From: Antedon mediterranea
Lineage: Eukaryota; Animalia; Echinodermata
DNA: 64,000 nucleotides
Reading direction: 5' to 3'
NCBI RefSeq assembly: GCF_964355755.1
Contig: NC_092680.1
Coordinates: 10,292,001-10,356,000 of the forward strand
Shown here: piece by piece, positions 26,212 to 39,423 of the stretch
Numbering within the stretch: the first letter of the stretch is position 1
Layout: every line of letters starts with the position of its first letter
The notes under the pieces: model-generated
The model's database searches: none
What the model saw: only the letters and a program-made list of their open reading frames with translations
Told to the model about the DNA's origin: nothing
Made by a program: the position numbers and the translations under genes

Positions 26212-26511
26212 CATTTTTATACTGGGTGACCTCTTCAGTCAAAGACTGATCTCCCAGAGGACCCAGTTGGTGATCAGTGGCTGTGATGTACTAATACACC
26301 AGGGTAACCCCCTACTCGTCTCGAAAGATTTACTAGGTTCTTTAAAGTGCACACGAGCTAGTTGTGTACACTGGACCTACGGTTTATAGTCCTTATCCGA
26401 GAAGACTCGTTCTACCACCAGAACCATGGAGTGAGTGAGCCTCGAACCCTTGCTGATGTTATGGCTACGTAATTACGGTTCCACTGTCTTAACCGCTCGG
26501 CCACTCACTCA
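26212..26511 (-). mobile_element. tRNA-derived Deu/Nin-domain SINE
   Basis: A box TGGCCGAGCGG and B box GGTTCGAG; core CGGATAAGGACTATAAACCG...TTAAAGAACC...GAGTAGGGG resembles the AmnSINE1 Deu domain; second copy at 58911. Confidence 0.8.
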
Positions 26512-26640
26512 CCATTGACCTACTGTACGACCTAAATACAGTATACTGTGATGTTGGTCGTCTGGACCTAGAACCCACAATGTGTTTTCACTTCCAAGAT
26601 GGGGAAGGAATGGCAGCCAGCCAGCACCCTTTCCCCTTAA

Positions 26641-27234
26641 AGCTCAGGTACAGGCATGAATTTTAAATATAATAATTGGTTAATTGTACATAAATCAAAT
26701 ATTTGTAACAGAAATCAAGACGAAAAAACATCAATTTCCCGTAATATGGACAAATACAAAATTTGGCAAAATTCTTCCATAAAAACCAGTATAATTTTTT
26801 TTCAGTAGTTAGGTAGTTAACCTAATGTAATAACATGTCTGGTGACTCCCTAGATGGTGAAAAAAGATGGTGGATATACAGTGGATAGTTTTTGCTATAG
26901 CATGAAAATAAAAATCTGAAGTTGAATAAAAATATCAGAAATGTAATATTTAAGTTATATTACCTATATTTAGTCATCTGATAACATTTTTTACCACACC
27001 GTTTATTTTTCATAGCTTTTTAAAACGCCTCTCTATTTACAAAATTTGTGTACAGAAGAATAGAGATTTTACTGTGTAATTTGAACTATCCCCCCACTGA
27101 TTAGAAAGTGCTTATTTTCAACAAGCTCGTGTAACACAAATAAAATCCCAAAAATTATGAAACATAGGGGAAACTATAGATCGATAATTATTGGAATGTA
27201 TGATCAATAGAAATTTTTTGCCCACACCTGGCCT
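26641..27234. mobile_element. Kolobok-like MITE, copy 2
   Basis: TTAA TSD; same sequence as 23466-24044. Confidence 0.85.
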
Positions 27235-27849
27235 TTAATGTTGGTAATTACCATGCAAATTATAGGACATTAGGTTAAGTTTAGCACTTAATTTTATAAT
27301 TTTTAGACCTTCGGCAACCAATTTGCTCTAATGTGTACCAGCCCAGACAATTTAGGATATTTGTATTATCATTGATTTATTTTTTAGTAATTGTCGGCGC
27401 AACGGTAAAACAAAACAACTACTAAATGTATACAGTAAACTATGCAATTTATTCCAAGTGAATCAAGTGAGGATTCTCAATAAATAGATAAAATATACAA
27501 TATACAATATTTGGTAAGACAATGCAGTAAACGGTGTAGCTAAGATGCTGGTTGAGAAAAGAGTGTGTTAATAATGTGGTCAGTGCATGGTAATATTGGG
27601 CTTGGCCCATCTCATCTGACCAATTAGGATTAAGAGAATTAATGTGGTTTTCTGTTAGAGTCATTAACATTCTTAAAATCCATTAGCTAGAAAAGTGAAG
27701 GTAACAGGAAGGTAACCTGTCAATGTGAGGTTAAATAAAGAGATATATAGAGGATGTATAAATAATCAAATTAAAAGTAAATGTTGAATTGTTTAAAAGC
27801 TATGTGGTAGGTCTGCTACAGGAGCCCCCTTCCAGTGAAAGAATTAATG

Positions 27850-30800
27850 ATAGAACGAGACAAAACGTTGAGGGAAATGAACATGTCTACCAGAACGAGT
27901 AGTACGGGGAGGGGTTGCCAAAATGGGTGACGGGTTGGTTGGTTTGACTAGGGGTGATGCTTGTAGCTTGGGAGTGAGGGTTTGCTCTTGGCTTTTAAAT
28001 ATATCAGTATCCAAATGAGCTACCTTTAAGCGATCAATACTGACTGTGTCCTGTCGACCATTTAGATCGAGAACAAAGTGTTTGTAGAAGGCTCTTTAAA
28101 TGGAATATTAATAATACAGACACTTGCCTGCAATGTAATGTAATAGAAGATGATAAACACTTCTTTTACCAATGTACTGAAGCAAATGAGTTATGGAAAT
28201 ACATTAATGTTTATACCACATATAAGTTTGGAATTGAGGCAAACTTTCAAAATATTGTACTCGGTACCGGAAACAGATATGTTGACCACATGTTCTCTCT
28301 TGGATGCTTCTGTATCTATAAAGCACACATTTTGAAAAAAGTAAAGAAATGGAATTATGGTTCACTTTCTCGCCTCTATTTGGCAGAAAAAAATAATAGG
28401 TTATACCTTAACCGACTATTATAATACGGTATATTCTACAGAGGTTTATATAACGCTGTGCAATGCCAATAGGTGGTTAAATCTTTATATAGAATTATAA
28501 AAAAAAAAAAATGAAAATAAATGAAATAAATATTAAAAACAAAACGAAACGTAACATATAAGTAAGCAACAAATATAACCATGAGACATAAAACTAAAAC
28601 ACAAGAGTAAAGGAAAGAATTTTTTTTTTTTTTAAGCTTACTATAATTATTTGAATTTTATATTTTTATTTATGTTCTTATTGTAAAAAAAAAAAAAAAA
28701 AAGAATTAAGAATAATAATTGTATTGCATTTTATATATTGTAAATACAGTATTTATTTATTTATATACCTTTGTCGTGGGTATGTATGTATGCATGTGTG
28801 CAATCATGTACTCGAATATATGCACTTGTGTGTTTTGTACAGAGACATAGACCTATTGTAGAAAGGAATAGTTAAAATAAAAGAAAATAATGAAAAAAGT
28901 GGATAATACATATAAAAGTATAAAGTATATATATATATATATTTGACCGAATTGTTTCGATCAAATCGTACTAAAGATAAAAGAAAGTACAAGAAAATAA
29001 CAGAACAGAATAACAAGGGAATATATATTTGGATGAAGTGTAAAATCATTGTATTGATCATTTGAGAATGAAATGAATAAAATAGTGGTTAACGCCACAA
29101 AAGAGAAAAAAAAAACAAAGTGTTTGTCTGTTCGACTTAATACCTTAAATGGACCATCATATGGACGTTGTAAGGGTTTTCGAACAGAGTCCCTTCGCAC
29201 AAAAACATGGGTACAATTAAATATTTCTTGATTGATATAGGATTTACGGTTAGAGTTGGTGCGGGTAGGTGTGGGACGTAGTTTACTCATATTATCACGC
29301 AATCTATCAATATAATTAGAATAATCACAATGTTCAGAGTTTGAATTAAAGAATTGTCCAGGTAATCTTAAAGTAGTGCCATAAACAAGTTCAGCTGCAC
29401 TATGACCTAGATCAGCCTTAAGGGCTGTACGAATGCCTAAAAGTACTATAGGTAAATGTTCTGTCCATTTAGTGTGATCATTATGTGCTTTGAGAGAACC
29501 CTTCAAATGTCGATGAAAACGTTCTACAAGTCCGTTCGCAATAGGATGGTAGGCAGTTGTATGAATGTGCTTAGTTCCTAGTAAGTTGGCGAGTGAATGA
29601 AATAATGCAGATTCAAATTGTCTTCCTCAATCTGTTGTAATGGTTGAAGGTATTCCGAATGAAGCGATCCATCGATTGACAAATGCGTGTGCGACAGTAT
29701 CGGCTGTGATATCCGGAATAGGTACGGCTTCGGGCCATCGAGTAAAACGATCGATAAAAGTGAGTAAATAAGAAAAACCATTTGACGGAGGGAGAGGTCC
29801 AACAATATCTATATGTACATGGTCAAAACGGGCGTCAGGTGTAGAAAAAGTAGAGAGTGGCGAAACGGTGTGCCGGTGTACTTTGGAACGTTGACATTGA
29901 ATGCATGTTTGAGACCATCGTCGTACATCACGATTGATTGCTGGCCATACGAAACGGTCAGTAATTAAACGTTGTGTTGCTCGTATACCAGGATGTGATA
30001 GCGAATGTAGAGTGTCAAATATTATGCGTCTGAATTCTTGTGGGATATATGGACGTGGATTGCCTTTGGAAATATCACAAAGAATTGTAGAGTCAGAAGT
30101 TGGAATTGGAAAGTTTTGAAATTGTAGTGAAAACGGTGATTCAAGTAGCTTGTGCAATTCATCGTCATTCTTTTGTGCAGCAGCAATAAGACTAAAATCA
30201 ACAATGTTAGTTGTGTTGTGACTGAAAGTATTAAGTTCGATTCGCGACAATGCATCAGCTGCTGCATTAGCTTTTCCACTCACATGGCGTATGTCCGTTG
30301 TGAATTGAGATATGAAATCGAGATGACGGATTTCGCGTGGCGAGTGACGATTTGGTTTGGCGATGCCGCCAAAAGTTCACGACCAAATGTGCTGTATCGC
30401 GTCTGCGCTGGTTTCAACTTCTGTGAGAAAAATGAAATAGGTTGCCAATTGTTGTCAATGCATTGTTGTAGTATACCCCCTATGGCCACATCCGAAGCGT
30501 CAACCATGATACTTAAAGGTGCATCTGGCTGCGGATGGGTGAGAAGTGTAGCACTTGCGAGGGCGACTTTAATATTATTAAATCCCAATAAAGCTGCGTC
30601 GGTCCATACCAGATCCTGTTTCTTACCTGCCCCAACAAGTAGAGCTGTGACAGGTTGTAAAATCTGGGCACACTGCGGTATAAATCGCCTATAAAAGTTA
30701 ATAAGTCCAAGGAATTCACGTAGTTTGCGTAAAGAAGTTGGTTGTGGAAAGTTTTGTATCGCTTCGACCTTTACTTGAAGTGGTCGGACACCTTGCGAAT

Positions 30801-31957
30801 CAACATGATGTCCAAGAAACTCGAGTGACGAAACTCCAAATTGGCATTTCGCTGGGTTGAGAACAACGCCATACTCATTAAGACGTGTGAATAGTTGATG
30901 AAGATGAGTTTCGTGTTCCTCGGCGTTGGAACTTGCAACAAGCAGGTCGTCGATATAAGCGTAGCAAAAATCCAATCCACGCGTTACCTGATCAATAAAA
31001 CGTTGAAAAGTTTGAGCGGCATTGCGGAGGCCAAATGGCATTCTAACAAATTCAAAAAGTCCAAATGGTGTAGTAATTGCTGTTTTATGAACATCAGCAG
31101 GTTCAACTGGTATCTGATGGTAAGCTCGGACGAGATCAATCTTAGAAAATATAGTGGATCCGTGCAGAGATGCTGTAAAATCGTGCATGTACGGGATAGG
31201 ATACCGATCTGCAACAGTAGCATTGTTCAATGCTCGATAATCCCCACAGGGACGCCAATCCCCAGGAGTTATCTTAGGCACCATATGTAAAGGTGATGCC
31301 CAGTTACTTTTAGAGGGGCGTATAATTCCAAGCTGCATCATGTGTTCAAATTCATGTCTGGCTGTTTTGCAGCGGTCATGTGCGAGCCGTCGAGGATGTG
31401 ACGAAATTGGTGGACCATGGGTCTGAATATGATGTGTCACATCGTGTTTTAGCGACGCTTCCTGATAACAAGGGCGTGTAATGTTTGGGAATTTTGTATT
31501 CAAGGGTGGTAAATATAAGACCGAGAGGCGAAGTTTTGGAGGCGACACCTTGAATACTCAGGTTGGTGGTAGTGTCAATGAGTCGTCGATTATTCATATC
31601 GACTAACAGTCCAAAATGTCTTAAAAAATCAGCCCCTATGATGGGGTGTGTGACGTCTGCGACAACAAATAACCATTGAGATGTTCGTCTCAAACCTAAG
31701 TCTAAGGTTACAGAGCGATGTCCATAAGTGTTGATAGATGTATTATTTGCGGCAGTCAAAGTAGACTCTTGTCGCCTATGTAGACGCTCATGGCGAGTAG
31801 GTGGAACAACGCTAACTTCTGCCCCAGTGTCTATGAGGAAACGTTGTTTGGATAATTGATTAACAATAAAGAAAAGGCGACTTACGATTTGACGGCCAGC
31901 AACATTCGTCGCATGTAGTTGTCGGCGTTGGAGTTTTCCGAACACGGCGGATTGCAT
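27850..31957 (-). pseudogene. Gypsy pol (protease, RT, RNase H, integrase), frameshifted and interrupted
   Basis: FLIDTGAEVS; YIDDLL; DASDVAIGG; H..SHPG...CIQC; HIDIVGP; RPYDGPFKV. Split over several ORFs with a deletion in RNase H. Confidence 0.92.
28086..29113 (+). mobile_element. 5'-truncated L1/Tx1-like LINE inserted in the integrase 3' region
   Basis: 14-bp TSD AACAAAGTGTTTGT (28072-28085, 29114-29127); encodes RLFKWNI..TCLQC...KHFFYQC zinc knuckle; A-rich tail. Confidence 0.85.
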
Positions 31958-34900
31958 TTTCGAGCATTTACTCCAAATTTTTCATGGTACCAACAGAGTT
32001 GAGGAGTGTTGTTTGAATGTTGAGCTGAGCGATTGGTACTGTTAGGTTGAGCAGGAGATGAATGCCTACCACTCGATCGATTTCGATGTCGACTTGTGCT
32101 GCGACTTTGATATCTGTTGTGCCGTCGGTCAGATTGCAAGGAATTAACTTGCGTTGACAGTTGTTGAATCTGTTTTTGCAGGTTTTCAAGGGTCGCAGAC
32201 AAGGAGGATGTATTGTCCGTGTGTACTGCCGATACACTTGTTGGCGCAGTTGCAGTTACAGATACTTCAATAATTTTGTCAGCCAATGATGTCAAGCTTA
32301 CCAGGTCCAACTCATCCTTGGTTGAAGCTAGGATAAGCTGTACATTAGTTGGGAGGCGACTTAAGAATAGTTGTTTCATAATTGAAGATTCAAGTGGCCT
32401 GTCGCCTAAGTGCTGGTTGTTGGTATTCGCCCCTACTATCTTCCGAGAGAGTTCTCGCATGTTATCAATGTTATGGTATACATACCTAACAAAAAGCTTG
32501 AAAAGCCTGCTATAAATGAGATCGCAGAAATTATCGAAGGTATTGAGTGTAGTCACCCTGAGGCGCTTGTAATTATCAATGGCGATTTCAACAGATGCAA
32601 GCTCAAGAAAACAACGGCCACTTATTATCAGCATGTTACATGTAAAACGAGGGACAACGCGATTCTTGATTTATGCTACTCTAGTGTGAAGGATGCCTAT
32701 ATTTCGACCCCACTACCGAACTTGGGCAAATCTGATCATAATTTGATTTTACTCAGTCCTAAATATCGCCCGTTAAATAAGACATGCCAACCAAAAATTA
32801 TTAATGTACGTAAATGGTCTCCTGAAGCCGAGGAAGCCCTGATAGCGGAATTTGAATCTACCGATTGGGATATTTTTACGGAGGATGAAGATTTGAATAG
32901 TATTACTTATGCAGTGAGCTCGTACATAAACTTTTGTATTGATAAATGCGTTCCAGTTAAAAAAGTGAAAATCTACCCTAACAACAAGCCATGGATCACG
33001 AAAGGCGTTAAATTACTGTTGTGTGAGAAACGTAAAGCCTTTAAGATGGGCGACTCTAATCGTATGAAAATATTGACTAGAGAGATTAAATCTGAAATAA
33101 TGAAACAGAAGAACATTTATAGGAAAAAAGTTGAACATAACTTCAGGTCTAATAATATGAAACAAGTTTGGCAGGGTATGAAACTTATGAGTGGTTACAC
33201 AAACGGTGGTAATACACCCACCTCGATTCCGAATGTTACTGTGCAATATGTTAATGAGTTAAATGAATTTTATAACCGTTTTAATGTTCATGATTTTAAA
33301 AAAGAAAGAGAGGCTCTATTTAGCTTGTGTCGGGTGACTGAAGATGATCCCAAATTTAGTATAAGCATTTCTGATGTACATAACGAATTCATGAAACTCA
33401 ATTCATCGAAGGCTGCTGGGCCGGATAGAATCCCACCACGAGTACTTAAGGTCTGCTCTCCTCACCTTGATGGTATATTTACATTTATTTTCAATATGTG
33501 TCTTTCTTATCATGCGTTCCCGGATATTTGGAAACTTTCATGCATAATACCGGTACCTAAGAAACCTAAGATTAACAGCATGAATGATTTGAGACCCGTT
33601 GCACTCACGTCTGTCGCGATGAAAATATTGGAACGTATTATTTTAAAAATTATGCAACCTTATGCTGAAAAAGTGTTAGACCCGTTGCAATTTGCTTACC
33701 GATCACTCCGTAGTACCAGTGATGCGATTTATTTTAAATTACATAAATTGTATTCACATCTAGATAATGTAAAGAAAGGCCATCTCGGCACGTATTATGT
33801 ATTTTGATTTTCAATCTGCGTTTAATACCATACAACCCCATATCTTAGCAGACAAAATGTTGAATATGGAGTTTCCCCGTCCGATTGTTCGTTTAGTTTT
33901 AAATTTCATTTGTGATATAAAACAATTTGTTAATATTAATGGTGTTAAGTCAGAAATCGTAACCTCTGACACCGGTGTTCCTCAGGGTACTGTCAACGCA
34001 CCTAAATTATATTCCTTGTATACGGCGGATTACAGATCTTTAAATGATGAGCTTTGCCCCGTTGTTAAATTCGCTGATGACACTAGTACTATTGGTCTCA
34101 TAGTTTCAAACAATGATGAAAATTATCGTAGCGAAATACAAAGATTTGTTAAATTTTGTGACGATAATTATCTCCAAATAAATGCATCAAAAACAAAGGA
34201 GATGATCATTGTTTTTAGGACTAAACATAAATTTAATTTTCAACCAATCACTATCAAAGGTAAAGAAATTGAAATTGTTGACCAGTACAAGTATCTAGGA
34301 ATTGTTTTCAATGATAAACTGAGTTGGGGAGACCATATAGACTTCATCAGCAAAAAATTAAGTCCCAGAATGTATTGTATGAGAACTTTATATAAATTTA
34401 ACTCCTGTGATTTGATGTTACTTTCGTTCTATAGATCCGTTATATGTAGTGTTTGGACGTATTGCCTCTCCTGTTGGGCTGGTAATGTTACCGGAGGGAA
34501 TAAAGGACGCCTTGAAACTTTCATCCGTCGGGCTGGTAAAATGATTGGTCTGGAACTGCCTTCCTTTACCGATGTGCACCTAGAACACCTCCAGAAAGAT
34601 TTCGAACGCATTGAGTCGGATGCCTCTCATCCTTTCCACAAAGTGATCATAGACCAACTTAATCCAAGTGGTAGATTGAGGCTCCTCAGTGTGAAAACAA
34701 ATCGATTTGCTAAATCCTTTATTCCCTCCGGTATCATCCAGTACAACAGGAAGTCAAGAAGATAATTTTATATTGTAATTTTTTAGATGTTTTTATATGA
34801 ATGGTTTTATGCTATATTTGTTTTTATAGTGTTTTCTTTGTTTTATGACGAGCAATGAATTTCCTTTTTGAGGATCAATAAAAGTTATCAATTATCTTAT

Positions 34901-35338
34901 CTTATCTAACATCCGTCGGTATAATTGCGACGGTTTCCTATCCCCCAACTCCTCGGCCGTCAGGAGTTGGCGGAGGCGCTGTTGGTCGGAGTCAGTTGTC
35001 CGACGTATTAAGGTATCTTTCAAGTTCACATACCTGTTATCAGTAGGCGGGTTGAGAAGTAGATCCCGAACTTCCTGCGCAATTTCAGGTTGCAATGATC
35101 CGACTAAGTAAGCGTATTTTGTAGCATCTACTGTAATCCCACGCGTTGTGAACTGTGCTTCCACTTGGGTGAACCACAATATCGGATCATTGGGCCAGTA
35201 TGGAGGCAGTTTCAACGCTACCGAAGAAATTGGCCTGTTGACGGTTGCTGCGTCAGGAGCGGGCACCACAGGTTGTTCCTGGTGCTGGGGTTGTGCTGGA
35301 GGTTGCGTTAGCTGTCGTTGTTGCTGTTGTCCTTCCAT
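31935..35338 (-). pseudogene. Gypsy gag, split by the Rex1-like LINE (34908-35338 and ~31935-32415)
   Basis: VALKLPPYW...LWFTQVEAQF...ELGDRKPSQLYRRM continues as QHLGDR...LFLSRLP...CWYHEKFG. Confidence 0.9.
32416..34907 (+). mobile_element. Rex1/Babar-like non-LTR retrotransposon, 5'-truncated
   Basis: RPYYLPREF, GDFN and SDH (APE endonuclease); RPVALTS, GVPQG and FADD (RT); one frameshift ~33790; AATAAA followed by a (TTATC)n tail; no TSD. Confidence 0.9.
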
Positions 35339-36173
35339 TTTAAGTTAAATTCGGTATAAGAAAGTCGAGGGTCACCACTTTAGTAATTGTCGGCGCAACG
35401 GTAAAACAAAACAACTACTAAATGTATACAGTAAACTATGCAATTTATTCCAAGTGAATCAAGTGAGGATTCTCAATAAATAGATAAAATATACAATATA
35501 CAATATTTGATAAGACAATGCAGTAAACGGTGTAGCTAAGATGCTGGTTGAGAAAAGAGTGTGTTAATAATGTGGTCAGTGCATGGTAATATTGGGCTTG
35601 GCCCATCTCATCTGACCAATTAGGATTAAGAGAATTAATGTGGTTTTCTGTTAGAGTCATTAACATTCTTAAAATCCATTAGCTAGAAAAGTGAAGGTAA
35701 CAGGAAGGTAACCTGTCAATGTGAGGTTAAATAAAGAGATATATAGAGGATGTATAAATAATCAAATTAAAAGTAAATGTTGAATTGTTTAAAAGCTATG
35801 TGGTAGGTCTGCTACAATTTGATTGTTTAATTTTTGTTTGCCTTTTAAATAAAATCTTAATATAAATTATATTTTTCTTTAAAAATAAAAACTGCTAACA
35901 TGCGCAAAATATGTGTAGTGCAGTATATCTAGTAGAATATACATTTTTAATTTCAATTAAAACACATTTTATTTGTTTGAAAATGTTTGATTTGATACAG
36001 TATTAATGTAATTCTTATAATTATCAGGTACAGTATTTTCAATATTTGATTTACCTGTTGCTTCCTGTATTTCAGCTGCCATTTTGAAATATATGATTCA
36101 ATACAATTACCTGCATCTCTCATTTTCATTAATCATTTCACTACTCGTTTGAAATTATTCTCTCTACATAAAG

Positions 36174-36421
36174 GAGATTTAAATGGACAATGTTTAGTGT
36201 ATGAAAGCTTAGCGGATGTAAACTACGAAGAGCAGGATATTGAGAGAGCGATAGTTCACTATAAACTGTCTTCGTCGATAGCACAGCACATAAATTTAGC
36301 ACCATCCGTGTGTCGTCGCATTCTCAGTAAACTTGCCAATGTGTTGGAATGTCAGGTGTCTGGTGCTGTAAGGGCAACTTTAAATGGACAGAGGAGGCCA
36401 ATATCACTGTCCAGAGACAAG
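36174..36421 (+). CDS. TTC24: TTC24-like coding exon 4
   Basis: AAG|GA; GDLNGQCLVYESLADV...; donor AAG|GTATAT; phase 1 to phase 0. Confidence 0.82.
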
Positions 36422-36909
36422 GTATATTTCTAATTTTTTTTTAAACCATATTAGTTTATTTGGTTTTGTTTTGATTCCCTTGTATTTGTAATCTGTTTTT
36501 CTTTATGTACACAATTTTACTCCTTATATTTTGTGTATAACTGTTATAGCTTACAATCGTTCTGTTAAAATCGAATCAACATTTCCATTGTCATCACTGC
36601 GATCTCATCCTTTACTTGAGATCACCTATTTTGACTATTGCCAATATTATTGTGTGAGCCCTTGGCTGCTAATATTTGTCATGCTTACTATACATTTTGT
36701 TTTTATTTTAAAATAAAGTACTGTATGCCTGAATAAAAATCCAAAATGTGTGATAATTAAGCGAGTTAGTAATAACCTTAATAATATCCTAATCTCAAAA
36801 TGGAAAAACCTAATAAGTGTTTAAAGGGGATGTTTTATAATGCACTTTCATAGTTCATAGTTCATTTTATTTGTCCAAATTTCTATTCTATTCTTCTATG
36901 ATATTTTAG

Positions 36910-37055
36910 TTCCAAGGTCAAAGCATAATTTCAACACCAATACATGGTATGTTTACCCACAATAAAGTAGTTCCACAGAATCTTGATAGACTTTCACACA
37001 AACCAGTTCAACATACCACAACAGAACAGACATCACCCCAGAGGAGGTCATCCAG
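36910..37055 (+). CDS. TTC24: TTC24-like coding exon 5
   Basis: TTTTAG|TTC; open FQGQSII...QRRSS; donor AG|GTATGT; phase 0 to phase 2. Confidence 0.75.
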
Positions 37056-38294
37056 GTATGTGTGATTGATTGCTGACATTTTAACTTGGCTTGTTTTCTC
37101 CTTTATTTATTAGCTTGTTCATTCATTTCAAAGTTGAGACTGTGCTGTTTATAGTTTCTTTCAATTTAAATTTGTAAATACTGTACAAAGTTAAATAAAA
37201 GTTATTAAATTTAGTTTAGATATTAGAAAATAAGCTACAGTAGATATCACAAAGACAAAACTCTCCAACTAATTTTTAGTCAAACATAAGTTGCACAATA
37301 TTGCATTTAAAAAATGTTTTTAAGTTTTTATTTATTCTGGTTATTAAAACAAATCAAAGGCAGTACAAAACTGAATTGCGTCCAGTAACATTAACATAAA
37401 ATATATACCAAAAAACAAGCAAAATTTACAGAAACATCCAATATAAAAATATATATATATACAAATGCATTAAAAAATAAGGAATATACAAACTGCGAGC
37501 CAAATTATTAATCATCCGTAGGCCTATCTATCAAAATTACGAATTTCATATATTATTGCACTATAAGGTCATTGTTAATCAGGAATGGGAGTGTGGACTT
37601 CTTAAATCTCTCTGTTCTACATTTAATTTGGGATATTTTGTTCGTGTTTCTGAGAGAGATGTTTGTTTGAATAGCATGTGAATTATCACTGTAAATTTAT
37701 TCATTATATTTTCAAGATTGTGTATTGATGATATTTTATTATGCGTACTATTATTTTATATGTTATTAAAGCGAGCCTCATAAAGACACAACATTTTATG
37801 TCTTACTATCTTTGAATAAGAATAAAAGCTGAAACCAATATCTGGTGGATGAAAGTTTCAAGTAGATTGTATATAGTGCCCTCATTTATTATTGTAAATT
37901 CTGTTTTTGTTAAGTGTTTTAATAGCGTTGCTTAGCGCCCTCAATTATTAATTTTGGCAAAGAATTCAGATACAAGTTTTAAATTGTATCTAGCGCCCTA
38001 ATTTGTTATCGTAAATGCATTTACTTTTGTTAAGCGCTTTCATACATAGTGTTATATATGTAGATAATTATCTACCAACTGAAAACCAAAAGCAGTTTTT
38101 GTAACATGTTTTGCGCCCTCCTTAATTACTAATGGCAAAGAATTTATATTTGTTTTTGTTAAGCGCTTTTAATAAAGTGCACTATAGGAAATCAATACTC
38201 CCAGTTGTTAAAATCAATACTAAGTTTAACTAACATGTGTTAGTGAATTACAAATTCATTTATCTGATACATTGAAATTCTTTCTGTTATGTAG

Positions 38295-38510
38295 GAGAAA
38301 GAAGGCAAAAAAATCAAAGGGAAAAAGGCGAACTGGAGCGGCGGAGTTGCCTGTTCCTCAGGGAGTTGTATCGTATGAAAGTGAATCAGAGTTATCAGTT
38401 GCCTTTCAAGCCATGGCTATGGATGGTATTAATGATAACTTGAATTACCTGTTATCAGATGGTGCAAGTTCTACCAATGAATTATTTGAACAGGCTTATC
38501 AAATTCAGAG
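38295..38510 (+). CDS. TTC24: TTC24-like coding exon 6
   Basis: TGTAG|G; basic RKKAKKSKGKRR; donor AG|GTGAGT; phase 2 to phase 2. Confidence 0.8.
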
Positions 38511-38519
38511 GTGAGTCTA

Positions 38520-39423
38520 ACGCCCGTATTCTTAAACCGGACTTTAGTCATAGTTCAAAGTTCGACTTGAAAAAGTCGTAGTTCGAGCTATTCAAATTCG
38601 ATTAACGAAGTAGTCGAAGTTTGCAGTTCGACTTAATGAAGTCGAGCTTTTAGTCGAGTTGCACACGTCTGGGTAACAAAGGCTAAACATTGGCCGATGA
38701 CAAGAGAGTATTTGAGGAGCAGATGAAATTTTGCGCATTGATATCACTTTCCATTTTCTTACAAAACTGTTTACGCATCAGGACTATATACATGAAAAAT
38801 AATTTTAATCGTTAATTATTAGAACAAGATCAGTATTAATCTAACAGTGAAGTACTTTTGATTAACAACAAACAAAATCTTCAAAATATATTTAGGAACC
38901 ATGGCGGTACGGTAACTTTCATATTTTCTAGGCCTCCAACAAAGTATGATCGCGACGAACCACGCACTTCCTAGCGTGACAAGAAAGCGCTAGGCCCCCT
39001 AAACATTCCATCGCATGGTGAATTGCCGCATCTCGTAGTAGTTCAAGTCGGACTTGCGCGAAGAAAATAATATAATTTGTATACAGTTGTAAATAAACAT
39101 GATTTTCATTATTATAACTTATACCAATGTATATTTAATTAAGCTAATATAAATATAGATATTTCATTCTTCAATATCTGGCCAATATAACAACTCAATG
39201 ACTGTTACGTTTTTTATAAACATCGTTTAAAAACCATTTAGTCGACCATTTAGCCTGCCCCCTCCAGGACTAAAATAATCGATCAAAATCCGTCTCGATT
39301 TAGTCGAGGTTGGCCTGATTTAGTCGGTGATTTAGTTGAAGTTCGGTTTATGAATTAAAATGATGTCATTTTTTTAGTTTTAGCTCGAACTACGACTAAA
39401 GTCCGGTTTAAGAATACGGGCGT
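38520..39423. mobile_element. Harbinger-like MITE just inside intron 6
   Basis: TIR ACGCCCGTATTCTTAAACCGGACTTTAGTC; TA-containing flanks (exact TSD ambiguous). Confidence 0.8.

Larger units (their letters stand above)
27383..35816 (-). mobile_element. Gypsy LTR retrotransposon (CsRN1/Kabuki-like) in intron 3
   Basis: 438-bp LTRs at 27383-27820 and 35379-35816; 4-bp TSD ATTT; PBS TGGTGACCCTCGAC (tRNA-Trp-like); PPT GGAAGGGGG; gag-PR-RT-RH-IN order. Confidence 0.95.

Noticed and set aside
27449-27670. Duplicated 73-aa ORF (also 35445-35666)
   Set aside because: It lies within the LTRs, so the duplication is explained by LTR identity.
31882-32634. 250-aa minus-strand ORF as an intact gene
   Set aside because: It is a chimera of antisense LINE sequence and the gag C-terminal half.
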